Assembly (NCBI GenBank): GCA_963827685.1
Contig: CAWHBU010000002.1
Location: forward strand, 32,001-96,000
Source of the DNA: an uncultured delta proteobacterium
GTDB lineage: Bacteria > Desulfobacterota > BSN033 > UBA1163
Length of the DNA stretch: 64,000 bases
Reading direction: 5' to 3'
Shown here: positions 28,307-38,419 of the stretch, piece by piece
Layout: each line of letters starts with the position of its first letter
Position numbering within the stretch: position 1 is the stretch's first letter
The notes under the pieces: model-generated
What the model was told of the DNA's origin: nothing
Databases searched by the model: none
What the model saw: only the letters and a program-made list of their open reading frames with translations
Position numbers and translations under genes: made by a program

Positions 28307-30631
28307 ATGACCGTAAATAAGGATGAGTGCGATGTTATTGGAAAGAATCTTCCACGAATCGACGCACTTACTAAGGTTACGGGAGAGGCAAAGTATGTTT
28401 CTGACATCAAAGTGCCAGGGATGCTTTATGGAAAAATTCTGAGGAGTCCTTTACCACACGCCAGAATATTAAATATTGATACCACCCGTGCAGAGTGTTT
28501 AAATGGCGTAAAGTCGGTCATAACTTACAAAGATACATTGGGCAAAGTATTTGGCGTAACCATGCGTACGGCCAATAATCTCCTTTTGCAAAATGAAAAG
28601 GTGCGCTACGTGGGCGACCAGGTGGCAGCGGTGGCTGCTACTGATGAAGAAATAGCCTTGGAAGCTCTGTCCTTGATCAAAGTAGATTATGAGGAACTTC
28701 CCGGCGTCTTTAATCCATTTGAAGCCATGAAGCCTGAAGCACCCAAGATTCACAAAGAAGAAAACAACATTGCATTGAGTGCCTCCAGATCATTTGGGGA
28801 TATTGAAAAGGGTTTTGCCCAATCAGAGTTCATCGTTGAGGATGAATTTTATAGTCCTCCAATAGCCCACTGTTGTTTGGAGCCTCGGGGATGCGTAGCA
28901 TCTGTGGATGCATCAGGAAGGCTCACTGTTTGGTCAACAACTCAAACTCCCCATCCACTACGTGAGGAATTATCGGATGTACTTGGTATATCTATGGCGA
29001 AAATCAGGGTAATTCAGCAATTTATGGGTGGTGCTTTTGGCAGCCGAATGGGTATGGACCCAATAGATGGTATTACCTGCATCTTATCCACAAAGACTGG
29101 GAAACCTGTTCGGATTGTGAATACACGCGATGAAGAATTCTTGAGTTCAAGGATAAGATATCCCATGTGGATACGGTTAAAGACAGGGGTAAAAAGAAAT
29201 GGCCGGTTGCATGCCAGACAGGTGAACATAATTACTGATAATGGCGCCTACAATATGGAGGGCGATTCGGTTATCGGGAATGCACTTGGAAAGATTGCTC
29301 AGCTTTACGCAATTCCAAATGTGAAATATGAGGGGAAATTAGTATATACAAACAATGTATACGGAGGAGCCTGTCGAGGTTACGGGAATCCACAAATAAC
29401 TTACGCCATTGAGATCCAAATGGACAAGATAGCTGAGATCGTTAATATGGATCCCGCTGAGATAAGGCTGATGAATGCAAATGAACCAAACAGTACTACT
29501 GTTTCGGGATTGCAAATAACTAGTTGTGGATTAAAAGATTGTATCCGGAAAGTGGTTGAAATATCTGGATGGAAGGAAAAGCGGAGCCGAAAATCAAGCC
29601 AGCAATCATCTACACGTCGCGGCATTGGCATGGCTACTATGATTCATGGTGGCGCAGGTGTCAAATTTTTCTGGGGTGATAACTGCAATTTTTCAGCCTC
29701 AACTGTCAAGTTAAATAGCGATGGGACAGCTGATCTATTTACTGGGTCTGCAGAGTTGGGACAGGGTTCTAATACTGTGTTAGCGATGATTGCTGCTGAG
29801 GAGCTCGGCCTCAAGCTTGAAGACATTAATATTGTTAACGGCGACACTCTGATTACACCTCCCTGTCGCGGTGCTTGGGCTAGCCGCCAAACGTTTACAG
29901 CAGGGCTGGCAGTAAAACTAGCGTGTCAAGATGCCAAACGAAAACTCTTTGAATTTGCAAGCTATTTACTGGAGGCAAATTCAAAGGATCTGGTAGCTAA
30001 AGGTCGCAACATATTTGTGAAAGAGAATCCCTCAAAATCCATTCCATTAGTGAAGGCAGTAATGGAAGCTTACTTCAATATGGGAACTCCTATTATAGGT
30101 GAAGGTGTAAACGATGATCCATGGTCTGCGAAACCAGATCCAAAAACTGGAATGGGAAATCCTACCTCTGCCTATGCTTTTGCTACCCAGGCGGCGGAGG
30201 TCGAAGTAGATACTCAAACAGGGTATGTCAAGGTTATAAATATGTACTGCGCTCACGATGTTGGAAGGGCAATAAATCCTCTAATGGCTGAATGCCAAAT
30301 AGAAGGTGGTGTGTTATCCATGGGGATGGGATATGCACTTACTGAGAAACTGGTTATGGAAAATGGCGAAGTTAAGAATCGGAACTTCACCGACTATAGA
30401 ATTATGACAATGGCTGATAGTTGTAACATTCACACCATTCTGGTGGAAACAATGGATCCGAGGGGTCCTTTTGGGGCTAAAGGCGTTGGTGAGCCGGCTA
30501 TGATTCCAACTGCAGCAGCAATTGCGAATGCAATCTATGATGCCATTGGGGTGTGGATACTTGACCTTCCCGTTACCCCAGAAAAAATAGTCAAGGCAAT
30601 AAGGAATAAACAAGAATTGAAGGTTGTGTAG
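28307..30631 (+). CDS. Xanthine-dehydrogenase-family molybdopterin subunit
   Basis: KVTGEAKY, RSPLPHA, STTQ, GGAFGSR, RGYG, GQG, ASRQT, QIEGG, GAKGVGEP (catalytic Glu present). Confidence 0.93.
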   Translation: MTVNKDECDVIGKNLPRIDALTKVTGEAKYVSDIKVPGMLYGKILRSPLPHARILNIDTTRAECLNGVKSVITYKDTLGKVFGVTMRTANNLLLQNEKVRYVGDQVAAVAATDEEIALEALSLIKVDYEELPGVFNPFEAMKPEAPKIHKEENNIALSASRSFGDIEKGFAQSEFIVEDEFYSPPIAHCCLEPRGCVASVDASGRLTVWSTTQTPHPLREELSDVLGISMAKIRVIQQFMGGAFGSRMGMDPIDGITCILSTKTGKPVRIVNTRDEEFLSSRIRYPMWIRLKTGVKRNGRLHARQVNIITDNGAYNMEGDSVIGNALGKIAQLYAIPNVKYEGKLVYTNNVYGGACRGYGNPQITYAIEIQMDKIAEIVNMDPAEIRLMNANEPNSTTVSGLQITSCGLKDCIRKVVEISGWKEKRSRKSSQQSSTRRGIGMATMIHGGAGVKFFWGDNCNFSASTVKLNSDGTADLFTGSAELGQGSNTVLAMIAAEELGLKLEDINIVNGDTLITPPCRGAWASRQTFTAGLAVKLACQDAKRKLFEFASYLLEANSKDLVAKGRNIFVKENPSKSIPLVKAVMEAYFNMGTPIIGEGVNDDPWSAKPDPKTGMGNPTSAYAFATQAAEVEVDTQTGYVKVINMYCAHDVGRAINPLMAECQIEGGVLSMGMGYALTEKLVMENGEVKNRNFTDYRIMTMADSCNIHTILVETMDPRGPFGAKGVGEPAMIPTAAAIANAIYDAIGVWILDLPVTPEKIVKAIRNKQELKVV

Positions 30632-30697
30632 ATTCTTATAAGTCAAAAATTAATTAAATTTCATTGAATAGATATGTATGGACAGGACAATATTCAA

Positions 30698-31298
30698 ATG
30701 CTTACTGTAAAAGAAACAATTAAAAGTCGTTGTAGTATTAGAGACTTTCTACCCGATCCTATTATCCGATGAAACTGTGGACGAACTTCTGGAAGCCACA
30801 AGATTGGCACCGTCAGCCGGTTTTTAATTCTGCGCGATGGGGAACGCAAGTGAGCGTTGCAAGGGGCAGCTTATCAGCCATTTATTTAAAATGCTCCTCT
30901 TCTTTTCATCTGCTGTGCGGATCTTTTCGCTTTTACCAAAAATATTCGAAAGGAACGATTGTAAGAGTTAATCGATTGTGATGCGGTTGCTATCTCCAAT
31001 CTGGAAGAACATTTGGGAAAATTTCCTGGTATTGGAGTATTCAATTCGAAAGAAGATGCCTTAAAAGCGTTGGGTCAGGCTTATGTTAAATGTAGCTATT
31101 TCAATTGAACATATAGTTTTACTTGCTACTTCCATAGGATCAGGTACGTGCTGGATTCAACGAATAGATTGTAAACGGATAAAGAAGATTTTCGATTGCC
31201 AGGCAACATCAGTGTTATTGCTTTATTGCTGATCGGATATACTAAAAGCAAGTCTTCCCAGCGCCCTAGATTTTCGAGGGAAAAATTCTTCTTGGTGA
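30698..31298 (+). pseudogene. Nitroreductase-family pseudogene
   Basis: Fragments in shifting frames: MLTVKETIKSRCSIRDF, ELLEATRLAPSAG, AISIEHIVLLATSIGSGTCWI, LLIGY. Confidence 0.8.
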
Positions 31299-31331
31299 AA
31301 CAATTTAACTATTAAGAAGGAAAAATTAACA

Positions 31332-33005
31332 ATGTCAAATAAAAAAAACATAAAAAAAGAAGAAGAAAGATGGGAAAATGATTGCCTGAGAGAAACATCT
31401 GGACGAAAAAAAGAATTTTTCACTGAATCGGGAATCCCAGTCAAGGCAGTTTACACTCCGATAGACTTAGATAGAATCAAATTCGATTACGAGAAAGATC
31501 TTGGGTTCCCTGGCCAATATCCTTTTACAAGGGGAAGAGAACCCTTAATGTATAGAGGAAATTTCTGGGTTCGAACACAATTCTCAGGTTTTGGCGATCC
31601 GCAGGACGCGAATCGTAGATATAAATACATTCTTGGTCAAGGGCAAAGTGCATTTTCGATCGCCTTAGACCTTGTCACCCAAAGCGGATATGATCCCGAT
31701 CATAAGCTTGCCCATGGAGAAATTGGCAAGACAGGTGTTTCTTTATGTTCGCTAAAGGACATGGAGGATTTATTGGATGGAATTCCTTGGAACAAAGTCG
31801 AAGAATTGAGTTGTGATGCAAAAATTATTTCCATGGTCATTACTGCCATGTATATTTGCTTGGCAAAGAAGCAGGGATTTTCACCCAATAAGATTAAAGT
31901 GAGAGTTCAAACAGATGGACTAAAAGATTTCATAGCCACCGGGAATTATATTTTCCCTCCAAAGGCAACCGTGAGGATAATCACAGACCTGATTCAATAC
32001 TGTACAACAAACTTGCCAAATTGGATGCCAATTACATTATGTGGGTACCATATTCGAGAGGCCGGGGCGAATGCCATACAGGAAGTGGCATTTACCCTTT
32101 CTAATGCGATTGCGTACATTGAGTCGCTTCTTAATAGGGGATTAAATATTGACGATTTCGCTCCGAAATTTAATCTATTTATGACTTCGCATATGGATTT
32201 TTTTGAAGAGATTGCAAAATTCCGGGCTGCCAAAAAATTGTGGGCTAGGATTCTTTCAAAGAGGTTTGGAGCTAAAGATCCTAAATCATGTGCCATACGA
32301 CTGGTTTGCTATACAGCAGGTAGTCCTTTGACGACCCAGCAACCATTGAACAATGTGATTAGAGTCACTTTAGAGTCACTAGCAGCAGTTCTCAGTGGCA
32401 TTAATGTATTGTTATTGAGCTCATACGATGAAGCTTATTGTTTACCATCAGAGGAAGCCATGCGTTTGGCAATGATGACACAACAGATTATTGCTTATGA
32501 GAGCGGGGTTACAAATACGATCGATCCTTTAGCTGGTTCTTATTACATCGAAACCCTTAGTACAAGAATTGAACAGGAAGCCCTTAAGTACATAAAAATT
32601 ATTGATGAAATGGGAGGAAGCATCAAAGCAATAGAAAACGGCTATTTTAAGAAAGAAATAGCCCAAGCGGCTTATAAACGTCAAATGGATATTGAGAAGA
32701 AAGAAAGAATTGTAGTTGGGATGAACGAGTATTTAATGGAGGAGGAAGAAGAAGCTGTTAAGGTATTTAAAGTCAATCCCGAGGCAGAGAAAATCCAGAC
32801 TGAGAAATTAAGAAAGTTAAAGGGAGAAAGGAATAACGAGAAGGTGAGGGATAGTTTAATCAAATTAAGAAAAGTTGCAAAAAGCAACGATAATTTATAT
32901 CCCGCAGTACTGGGAGCAGTGGAATCTTACGCTACCTTGGGCGAGATATGTGATGTCTTGAGAGAAGTTTTTGGGCAGTATCAAGAAGAGATGTCTTGTA
33001 TTTAG
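31332..33005 (+). CDS. B12-dependent mutase large subunit (methylmalonyl-CoA mutase family), divergent, copy 1
   Basis: PGQYPFTRG, GEIGKTGV, GYHIREAG, EEIAKFRAA, QQPLNN..R, YDEA..LP, DPLAGSYYIE, ATLGEI; no B12-binding domain. Confidence 0.93.
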   Translation: MSNKKNIKKEEERWENDCLRETSGRKKEFFTESGIPVKAVYTPIDLDRIKFDYEKDLGFPGQYPFTRGREPLMYRGNFWVRTQFSGFGDPQDANRRYKYILGQGQSAFSIALDLVTQSGYDPDHKLAHGEIGKTGVSLCSLKDMEDLLDGIPWNKVEELSCDAKIISMVITAMYICLAKKQGFSPNKIKVRVQTDGLKDFIATGNYIFPPKATVRIITDLIQYCTTNLPNWMPITLCGYHIREAGANAIQEVAFTLSNAIAYIESLLNRGLNIDDFAPKFNLFMTSHMDFFEEIAKFRAAKKLWARILSKRFGAKDPKSCAIRLVCYTAGSPLTTQQPLNNVIRVTLESLAAVLSGINVLLLSSYDEAYCLPSEEAMRLAMMTQQIIAYESGVTNTIDPLAGSYYIETLSTRIEQEALKYIKIIDEMGGSIKAIENGYFKKEIAQAAYKRQMDIEKKERIVVGMNEYLMEEEEEAVKVFKVNPEAEKIQTEKLRKLKGERNNEKVRDSLIKLRKVAKSNDNLYPAVLGAVESYATLGEICDVLREVFGQYQEEMSCI

Positions 33006-33048
33006 AGTAGCCAACTAAAACTTTACTTTTAAAAGATTGGAGTGAAAC

Positions 33049-33450
33049 ATGATACAAAAAATAGATCATATTGGTATAGCGGTAAAGAATCTTGACAATG
33101 CTATGAAGAAATATGCCCATATTTTTGGATTAAAGGCGACCACCATAGAAGAGCACCGCGATCTGCATATCAGGATATGTTTTATTCCCGTGGGCGAAGT
33201 AATGATCGAATTTCTGGAACCTTTAAGCGAAGAAGGAAGGATTGGAAAATTCATTAAAGAAAATGGTGAGGGAATTCATCATATTGCTTACAGGGTGAAT
33301 GATTTGGAAGGAATATTGAGGTTTATGAAGGATGAAAAGATTAAACTAAGGGATGATCAACCAAGGCCTGGAGGAGAGGGTTCTAAGATCGCCTTTATTG
33401 ACCCAACCGAAACTAATGATGTACTTACCGAATTGGTGGAAAGACTATGA
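33049..33450 (+). CDS. Methylmalonyl-CoA epimerase-like VOC protein
   Basis: IDHIGIAV, IEFLEP, GEGIHHIAY, IAFIDP, LTELVE. Confidence 0.9.
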   Translation: MIQKIDHIGIAVKNLDNAMKKYAHIFGLKATTIEEHRDLHIRICFIPVGEVMIEFLEPLSEEGRIGKFIKENGEGIHHIAYRVNDLEGILRFMKDEKIKLRDDQPRPGGEGSKIAFIDPTETNDVLTELVERL

Positions 33451-33520
33451 CTTTTAGAGATTCGTTTAAGAGTAGTAAAAATGTTATTGAAATTCTTTAA
33501 AATGTGAAAAGGAAATATAA

Positions 33521-35086
33521 ATGAACATCCGAGAACTTATAGAATATAATGCCAAACATAACCCCGATAAGATTTATCTTTTTTTTGAGGATCAGGAAAT
33601 TACCTACAGAGATTTCAATGATAATATTAATCGGATAGCCAACTTGTTGCTTAACCTTGGGATAAAAAGAGGGGATAAAATTTGTATATTACTATTTAAC
33701 AGCCCTGAGTTTTTATATTCCTGGTTCGCCATTAATAAAATTGGCGCGGTGATGATACCAATCAATACAGGGTTTAAAGAAGATGAGGTAAAATATGTTC
33801 TAAACCATTCACAGGCTAAATGCATCATCTACAATGCTGATCTTGAGGAAATAGTCAACAAAATTAGGAATGAATGTGAATTTTTAAGGGAATTCATCTG
33901 CACTGAGAGGTCTTTTGAACCATCGGCCATCCATCTTGTAGAGATGATGAAAAATTCATCCACTTTACTTGGTGACGTTAAAATCAATGATGATGATGAT
34001 GCAATTTATGTCTATACTTCAGGGACCACCGGCCCACCTAAAGGAGTTATGCTTTCCCACCGTTGCTGGGTTTTGACTGGTCAATCTTTTGCGTATACCA
34101 TAGGTCTTAAATCTGAAGATAAAATTATGACCCCGAATCCATTGTTCCATGCTAATGCACAAGCTTATTCAACCATGGGTAGTTTATCTGTTGGAGCAAG
34201 CTTAGTCTTGATTAAAAAATTTAGTGCTTCAAGAACGTGGGATCAAACAAGAAAATACAACGCTAAGAAATTAGTTTTAGTAGGGGCCATGACCCCTATG
34301 TTATGGAATCAACCGAGGAAGGATAACGATTCTGACAACCCAGTAGAAACCCTTGTCGCAGGATTTGTTCCCAAAGAATACTTCGAAGATTTCGAGAAAA
34401 GGTTTGGTGTAAAGGTACAGACGGTGTTTAGTTTAACAGAGTGTGCAATGTGTATCATGGGACCTCGCGAAGGTGTGAGTGTGAAAAAGATTGGAGGAGT
34501 CGGTGTGCCCATGCAGCACCCTGATGAAGACGTTAAAAATATGGTTAAGATCGTAGACAAAGCTGGAAATGATGCTCCCCAAAACACTCCAGGAGAGATT
34601 GTTGTAAAGAATCCCGCTGTAATGAAGGGCTACTTCAGAGATGATGAGGCTACGGCGAAAACATTAAAAGATGGTTGGGTTTTTACGGGCGACAACGGCT
34701 ATGTAGATGAGGATGGGTATTTCTTTTTTATCGCCAGAGAGAAAGATATTATTAGAAAGAAAGGAGAAAACATTTCTGCGGTGGAGCTCGAAAGTGTAAT
34801 AACAAAACATCCAATGATAACCGAAGCAGCAGTGATAGCAGTGCCATCTAATCTTGGACATGGTGAGGACGAAATCAAGGCTTATGTTGTCCCTTCAAAC
34901 AAAGATTTGAAGCCCGAGGAAGTTGTAACTTGGTGTACTCAAAGGTTGGCTTCGTTTAAAGTACCGCGATATATAGAATTTAGAGAAAGTCTGCCCAAAA
35001 CTGCGACCGGAAGAGTCAAAAAGGATATTCTAAAAAAAGAGAAGGAAAATTTGACAGAAGGGTCTTTTGATAAGGATGCAAGGTGA
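33521..35086 (+). CDS. AMP-forming acyl-CoA ligase (CaiC-like)
   Basis: YTSGTTGPPKG, PLFHANAQ, FSLTE, FTGD, GENIS, PKTATGRVKK. Confidence 0.92.
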   Translation: MNIRELIEYNAKHNPDKIYLFFEDQEITYRDFNDNINRIANLLLNLGIKRGDKICILLFNSPEFLYSWFAINKIGAVMIPINTGFKEDEVKYVLNHSQAKCIIYNADLEEIVNKIRNECEFLREFICTERSFEPSAIHLVEMMKNSSTLLGDVKINDDDDAIYVYTSGTTGPPKGVMLSHRCWVLTGQSFAYTIGLKSEDKIMTPNPLFHANAQAYSTMGSLSVGASLVLIKKFSASRTWDQTRKYNAKKLVLVGAMTPMLWNQPRKDNDSDNPVETLVAGFVPKEYFEDFEKRFGVKVQTVFSLTECAMCIMGPREGVSVKKIGGVGVPMQHPDEDVKNMVKIVDKAGNDAPQNTPGEIVVKNPAVMKGYFRDDEATAKTLKDGWVFTGDNGYVDEDGYFFFIAREKDIIRKKGENISAVELESVITKHPMITEAAVIAVPSNLGHGEDEIKAYVVPSNKDLKPEEVVTWCTQRLASFKVPRYIEFRESLPKTATGRVKKDILKKEKENLTEGSFDKDAR

Positions 35087-35155
35087 TCAATAAGTTTGGT
35101 TATCTGAGAGAGTAATTTAATGAATAAACTTTCTTGACGAACGGGAGTTAAAATA

Positions 35156-36313
35156 ATGGAAAAGAGTGTTGCTATAGTTGGTGCAGGTCAGAGTGCTTTT
35201 TATAGAAAATGCGGTATGGCTCCAAGGGAGCTTTGTTTTATAGGATTTCAGGAAGCGATAAAAGATATAAATCTCAAGTCTGAGCAAATTGATGCATCTA
35301 TTATTTGTTCAGCACCTGAATATGACAAGCAGAGGAGTCCTGCAGCGGGTATTGGTGATTATTTGGGCATTATACCTGCAACCAGTTTCAACATAGAGGC
35401 ACTTTGTTCTTCAAGCTCAGCGGGAGTACGAGTTGCTTATTCACTAATTCAATCTGGTCTTCATCAAGTGGTTGCTGTTATCGGTTTCCAAAAGATGTCT
35501 GAATTGACCTCTCGCGAAGCAGCGGAAAGAATGGTTCGAGGAGGGGACGTGCAGTGGGAATCACCGCTTGGAGTGACTATGCCAGCGTATTTCGGCATGG
35601 TGGCTTCAGCGCAAATGGCAAAATATCACACGACCGCGGAGCAACTAGCTAAAATACGAGTCAAGAGTTCGATATATGGAGAATTAAATGAGAAGGCCAT
35701 ATTCCGGAAACGAGTTAGTCTTGAAGAGGTGTTGGCCTCTGAAATGGTGTCATCCCCACTTCGAAAGCTTGACTGTTGCGCAAATGCCGATGGTGCAGCG
35801 GTGATAATACTAGCTAGCAGCGAAGTGGCTAAGAGAATAACTGATAAACCTATTTGGATATTAGGAATTGGAGGATCAACGAGACCGACTTCTCTAGCTA
35901 GTCGCCTAAGTTTTACCAATGTGCCCGTTGCAAGGGAGGCAGTACAGGATGCCTATGAAATGGCAGGAATAGGTCCTGAGGATATTGATGTGGCTGAAGT
36001 TCATGACTGTTTTACAATAGCAGAAATAGTCGCTTATGAAGATTGTGATTTTGCCAAGCCGGGGGAGGGATCGAGACTCATCGATGAGAAACAGACTTAT
36101 CTTGGAGGGAAGATTCCTGTAAATCTGGATGGAGGCCTTCTTTCCAAAGGGCATCCAATAGGGGCTACCGGAGCCTCTCAGATAAGGACTATCGTTAAAC
36201 AGCTTCGAGGAGAGGCTGGTAAAACTCAGGTTGAGGGGGCAAAAATCGGGTTAGTTCATAACCTTGGAGGCCCTGGTGTTTATGGGTTTATAACGATACT
36301 TGGGAGAGATTAA
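35156..36313 (+). CDS. SCP2-type/archaeal-type thiolase family protein
   Basis: EALCSSSS (nucleophile Cys), DCCANADGAA, EVHDCF, GGLLSKGHPIGATG, HNLGG. Confidence 0.92.
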   Translation: MEKSVAIVGAGQSAFYRKCGMAPRELCFIGFQEAIKDINLKSEQIDASIICSAPEYDKQRSPAAGIGDYLGIIPATSFNIEALCSSSSAGVRVAYSLIQSGLHQVVAVIGFQKMSELTSREAAERMVRGGDVQWESPLGVTMPAYFGMVASAQMAKYHTTAEQLAKIRVKSSIYGELNEKAIFRKRVSLEEVLASEMVSSPLRKLDCCANADGAAVIILASSEVAKRITDKPIWILGIGGSTRPTSLASRLSFTNVPVAREAVQDAYEMAGIGPEDIDVAEVHDCFTIAEIVAYEDCDFAKPGEGSRLIDEKQTYLGGKIPVNLDGGLLSKGHPIGATGASQIRTIVKQLRGEAGKTQVEGAKIGLVHNLGGPGVYGFITILGRD

Positions 36314-36314
36314 A

Positions 36315-36731
36315 ATGGGACTAGAAATTTTTGGAACAATTAGTTTTACATCGGAGACAAAAGCAGGGGATTTTGTAAAATTTCTTCAAGACGGGAAGTT
36401 CAAAACCACTCAATGTAGAAATTGTGACAAAATTTATTTTCCGCCCAGAGTCGATTGTGGTGCTTGTGAATCTAGCATGATGGACTGGATTGAAATAACT
36501 GACTCAGGTGAGCTTGTTGCATATTCAACCATTATGTATGGACCGACAGGATTTGAAAATGAGGTTCCGTATACGATTGGGGTGATTAAATTAGCCAATG
36601 GTGTTCAGATCTTTGGGAGACTGAGCAAAAAGATTTCTCTTAACGAGATTGAGATAGGAATAAAGCTAAAAGTCGTCCCGACCAGATTACCTTTGGATAG
36701 GGTTTCTTTTGAATTTGTGAGGTCGGATTAA
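36315..36731 (+). CDS. DUF35 Zn-ribbon/OB-fold thiolase partner
   Basis: CRNC....FPPR.DC..C, GELVAYS, PYTIGVI.L. Confidence 0.9.
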   Translation: MGLEIFGTISFTSETKAGDFVKFLQDGKFKTTQCRNCDKIYFPPRVDCGACESSMMDWIEITDSGELVAYSTIMYGPTGFENEVPYTIGVIKLANGVQIFGRLSKKISLNEIEIGIKLKVVPTRLPLDRVSFEFVRSD

Positions 36732-36870
36732 TTAGATATCGGGGGCTTAATTTGCCGCAAGAAAGATATCAATGAATAATCCAAAGAAATGATAGGGATT
36801 AAATTAAATATGAAGGATTCTGTCTCAGGAAAAGCGGAGATAATGATCAAGGAAACTAAAGGGGGATATT

Positions 36871-37272
36871 ATGGCTAGACAGAAGATGAAGGTTCGTGTC
36901 CTGATTGCAAAGATTGGATTAGATGGCCATGATCGTGGAGCAAAAGTGATTTCGAGGGCCTTACGAGATGCGGGAATGGAGGTTATTTATACGGGTTTGA
37001 AAAAAACTCCTAGAGATATCGCAAGGATTGCTATTGAAGAAGATGTAGATCTAATAGGTATCAGCATTCTTTCCGCGGCCCATGAGACACTTTTACCAGA
37101 GCTATGTCAATTATTAAAAGAGAGTGATGGAGGCGATATTAAGGTAATAGCTGGTGGAATAATCCCCAAAAATGATATTCCTCCCCTAAAGGAATTGGGG
37201 GTACAAGCGGTTTTTGGCCCTGGAACAAAAACCGAAGAAATCGTCCAATTTATTAAAACCCTTATTGAATAG
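36871..37272 (+). CDS. Mutase small (cobalamin-binding) subunit
   Basis: GLDGHDRG (DxHxxG), SILSAAH, AGGIIP, VFGPGT. Confidence 0.95.
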   Translation: MARQKMKVRVLIAKIGLDGHDRGAKVISRALRDAGMEVIYTGLKKTPRDIARIAIEEDVDLIGISILSAAHETLLPELCQLLKESDGGDIKVIAGGIIPKNDIPPLKELGVQAVFGPGTKTEEIVQFIKTLIE

Positions 37273-37283
37273 TTCATCACAAA

Positions 37284-38294
37284 ATGATTCTGTCAGGCAA
37301 AATTCTGGGAAATAGATCGTCCCTCAAATTAGTGGACGAAATGTTAAAGGGTTCAATTAGGGCGCTGAGTAGACTCATTACATTAATCGAGGACGATCCT
37401 CGAGGTTCTTTAGAAGTATTGAAGAAGATATATTACCATTCGGGCAATGCTTACATCGTTGGACTAACTGGAGCTCCCGGTACAGGGAAGAGTACACTAA
37501 TCGACCATGTGGCCGTGGAATTAAAAAGACAGGGGTTTAAAATAGGCATTATTGCTATTGACCCATCAAGCCCATTCACGGGAGGAGCCTTCCTGGGTGA
37601 TCGGGTACGCATGGCAGAAACTCTCAATGAAGATGATATTTATATAAGGAGTATGAGTACCCGTGGGAGTTTAGGTGGGCTATCAGCAGCTACAAAAAAT
37701 GTAATCAAAATATTAGATGCGTTTGGGAAAGATTTTATTTTAGTTGAAACAGCTGGAACTGGCCAGGCAGAAGTGGACGTAATGAAAGAGACTGAAACAA
37801 CCAGTGTTGTATGTGTCCCGGGATTAGGCGACGAGATTCAGATTATGAAGGCTGGAGTTATGGAGATTGGAGATATATTTGTAGTTAATAAGGCTGATAA
37901 GAACGGTGCTGAAAGATTAGTTGAAGAGATTGAGACGATATTTCGCATGGGTTTTCGATCTGAAGAGTGGGTTCCACCTATAGTAAAAACCATTGCTACT
38001 AAAGGGGAAGGCATTAATGCATTCGTTGAAAAGATATTAAATCACCGCCAATATTTAATCGGAAGAGGTTTACTGAAGGTCAAAAGGATGAACCGGATGC
38101 GGCAAGAAATTGTGGAAATGGTAAATGATAAGATTATTAATGAAATCATCATTCCAATTAAGGAATCATATACGGTTCCTGAAAACATTTTAAATAAAAT
38201 TATTCTTCGGCAAAAAGATCCTTATTCGGTGACAGAAGAAATTGTGGACAATTTTGTTGAAGTTTTCCACAAGTCTTGCAAGGAGGGTAACTAG
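37284..38294 (+). CDS. meaB: MeaB/ArgK G-protein chaperone of B12 mutases
   Basis: TGAPGTGKST, DPSSPFTGGAFLGDRVRM, RSMSTRG.LGG, VETAG.GQ, KAG..E, NKAD. Confidence 0.92.
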   Translation: MILSGKILGNRSSLKLVDEMLKGSIRALSRLITLIEDDPRGSLEVLKKIYYHSGNAYIVGLTGAPGTGKSTLIDHVAVELKRQGFKIGIIAIDPSSPFTGGAFLGDRVRMAETLNEDDIYIRSMSTRGSLGGLSAATKNVIKILDAFGKDFILVETAGTGQAEVDVMKETETTSVVCVPGLGDEIQIMKAGVMEIGDIFVVNKADKNGAERLVEEIETIFRMGFRSEEWVPPIVKTIATKGEGINAFVEKILNHRQYLIGRGLLKVKRMNRMRQEIVEMVNDKIINEIIIPIKESYTVPENILNKIILRQKDPYSVTEEIVDNFVEVFHKSCKEGN

Positions 38295-38419
38295 ATTGGA
38301 CAATCAAATCCCTAAAGTTTTAGTTCACGTAGAGATCCTTGGGGATTTCCAAAAGGAAAGAGTAAATGATTTAGAGGGAGTCAGATCTGGAGCAATCATT
38401 TTAGTATAATGGGGAGCGG

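Noticed and set aside
16591-30631. Selenocysteine recoding in the Mo enzymes
   Set aside because: Both ORFs are full length with no in-frame TGA.
28307-30631. Naming the XDH trimer as nicotinate dehydrogenase or 4-hydroxybenzoyl-CoA reductase
   Set aside because: Motifs identify only the family. The Mo subunit is unsplit and the FAD subunit shows no extra Cys cluster insert, so neither name is supported.
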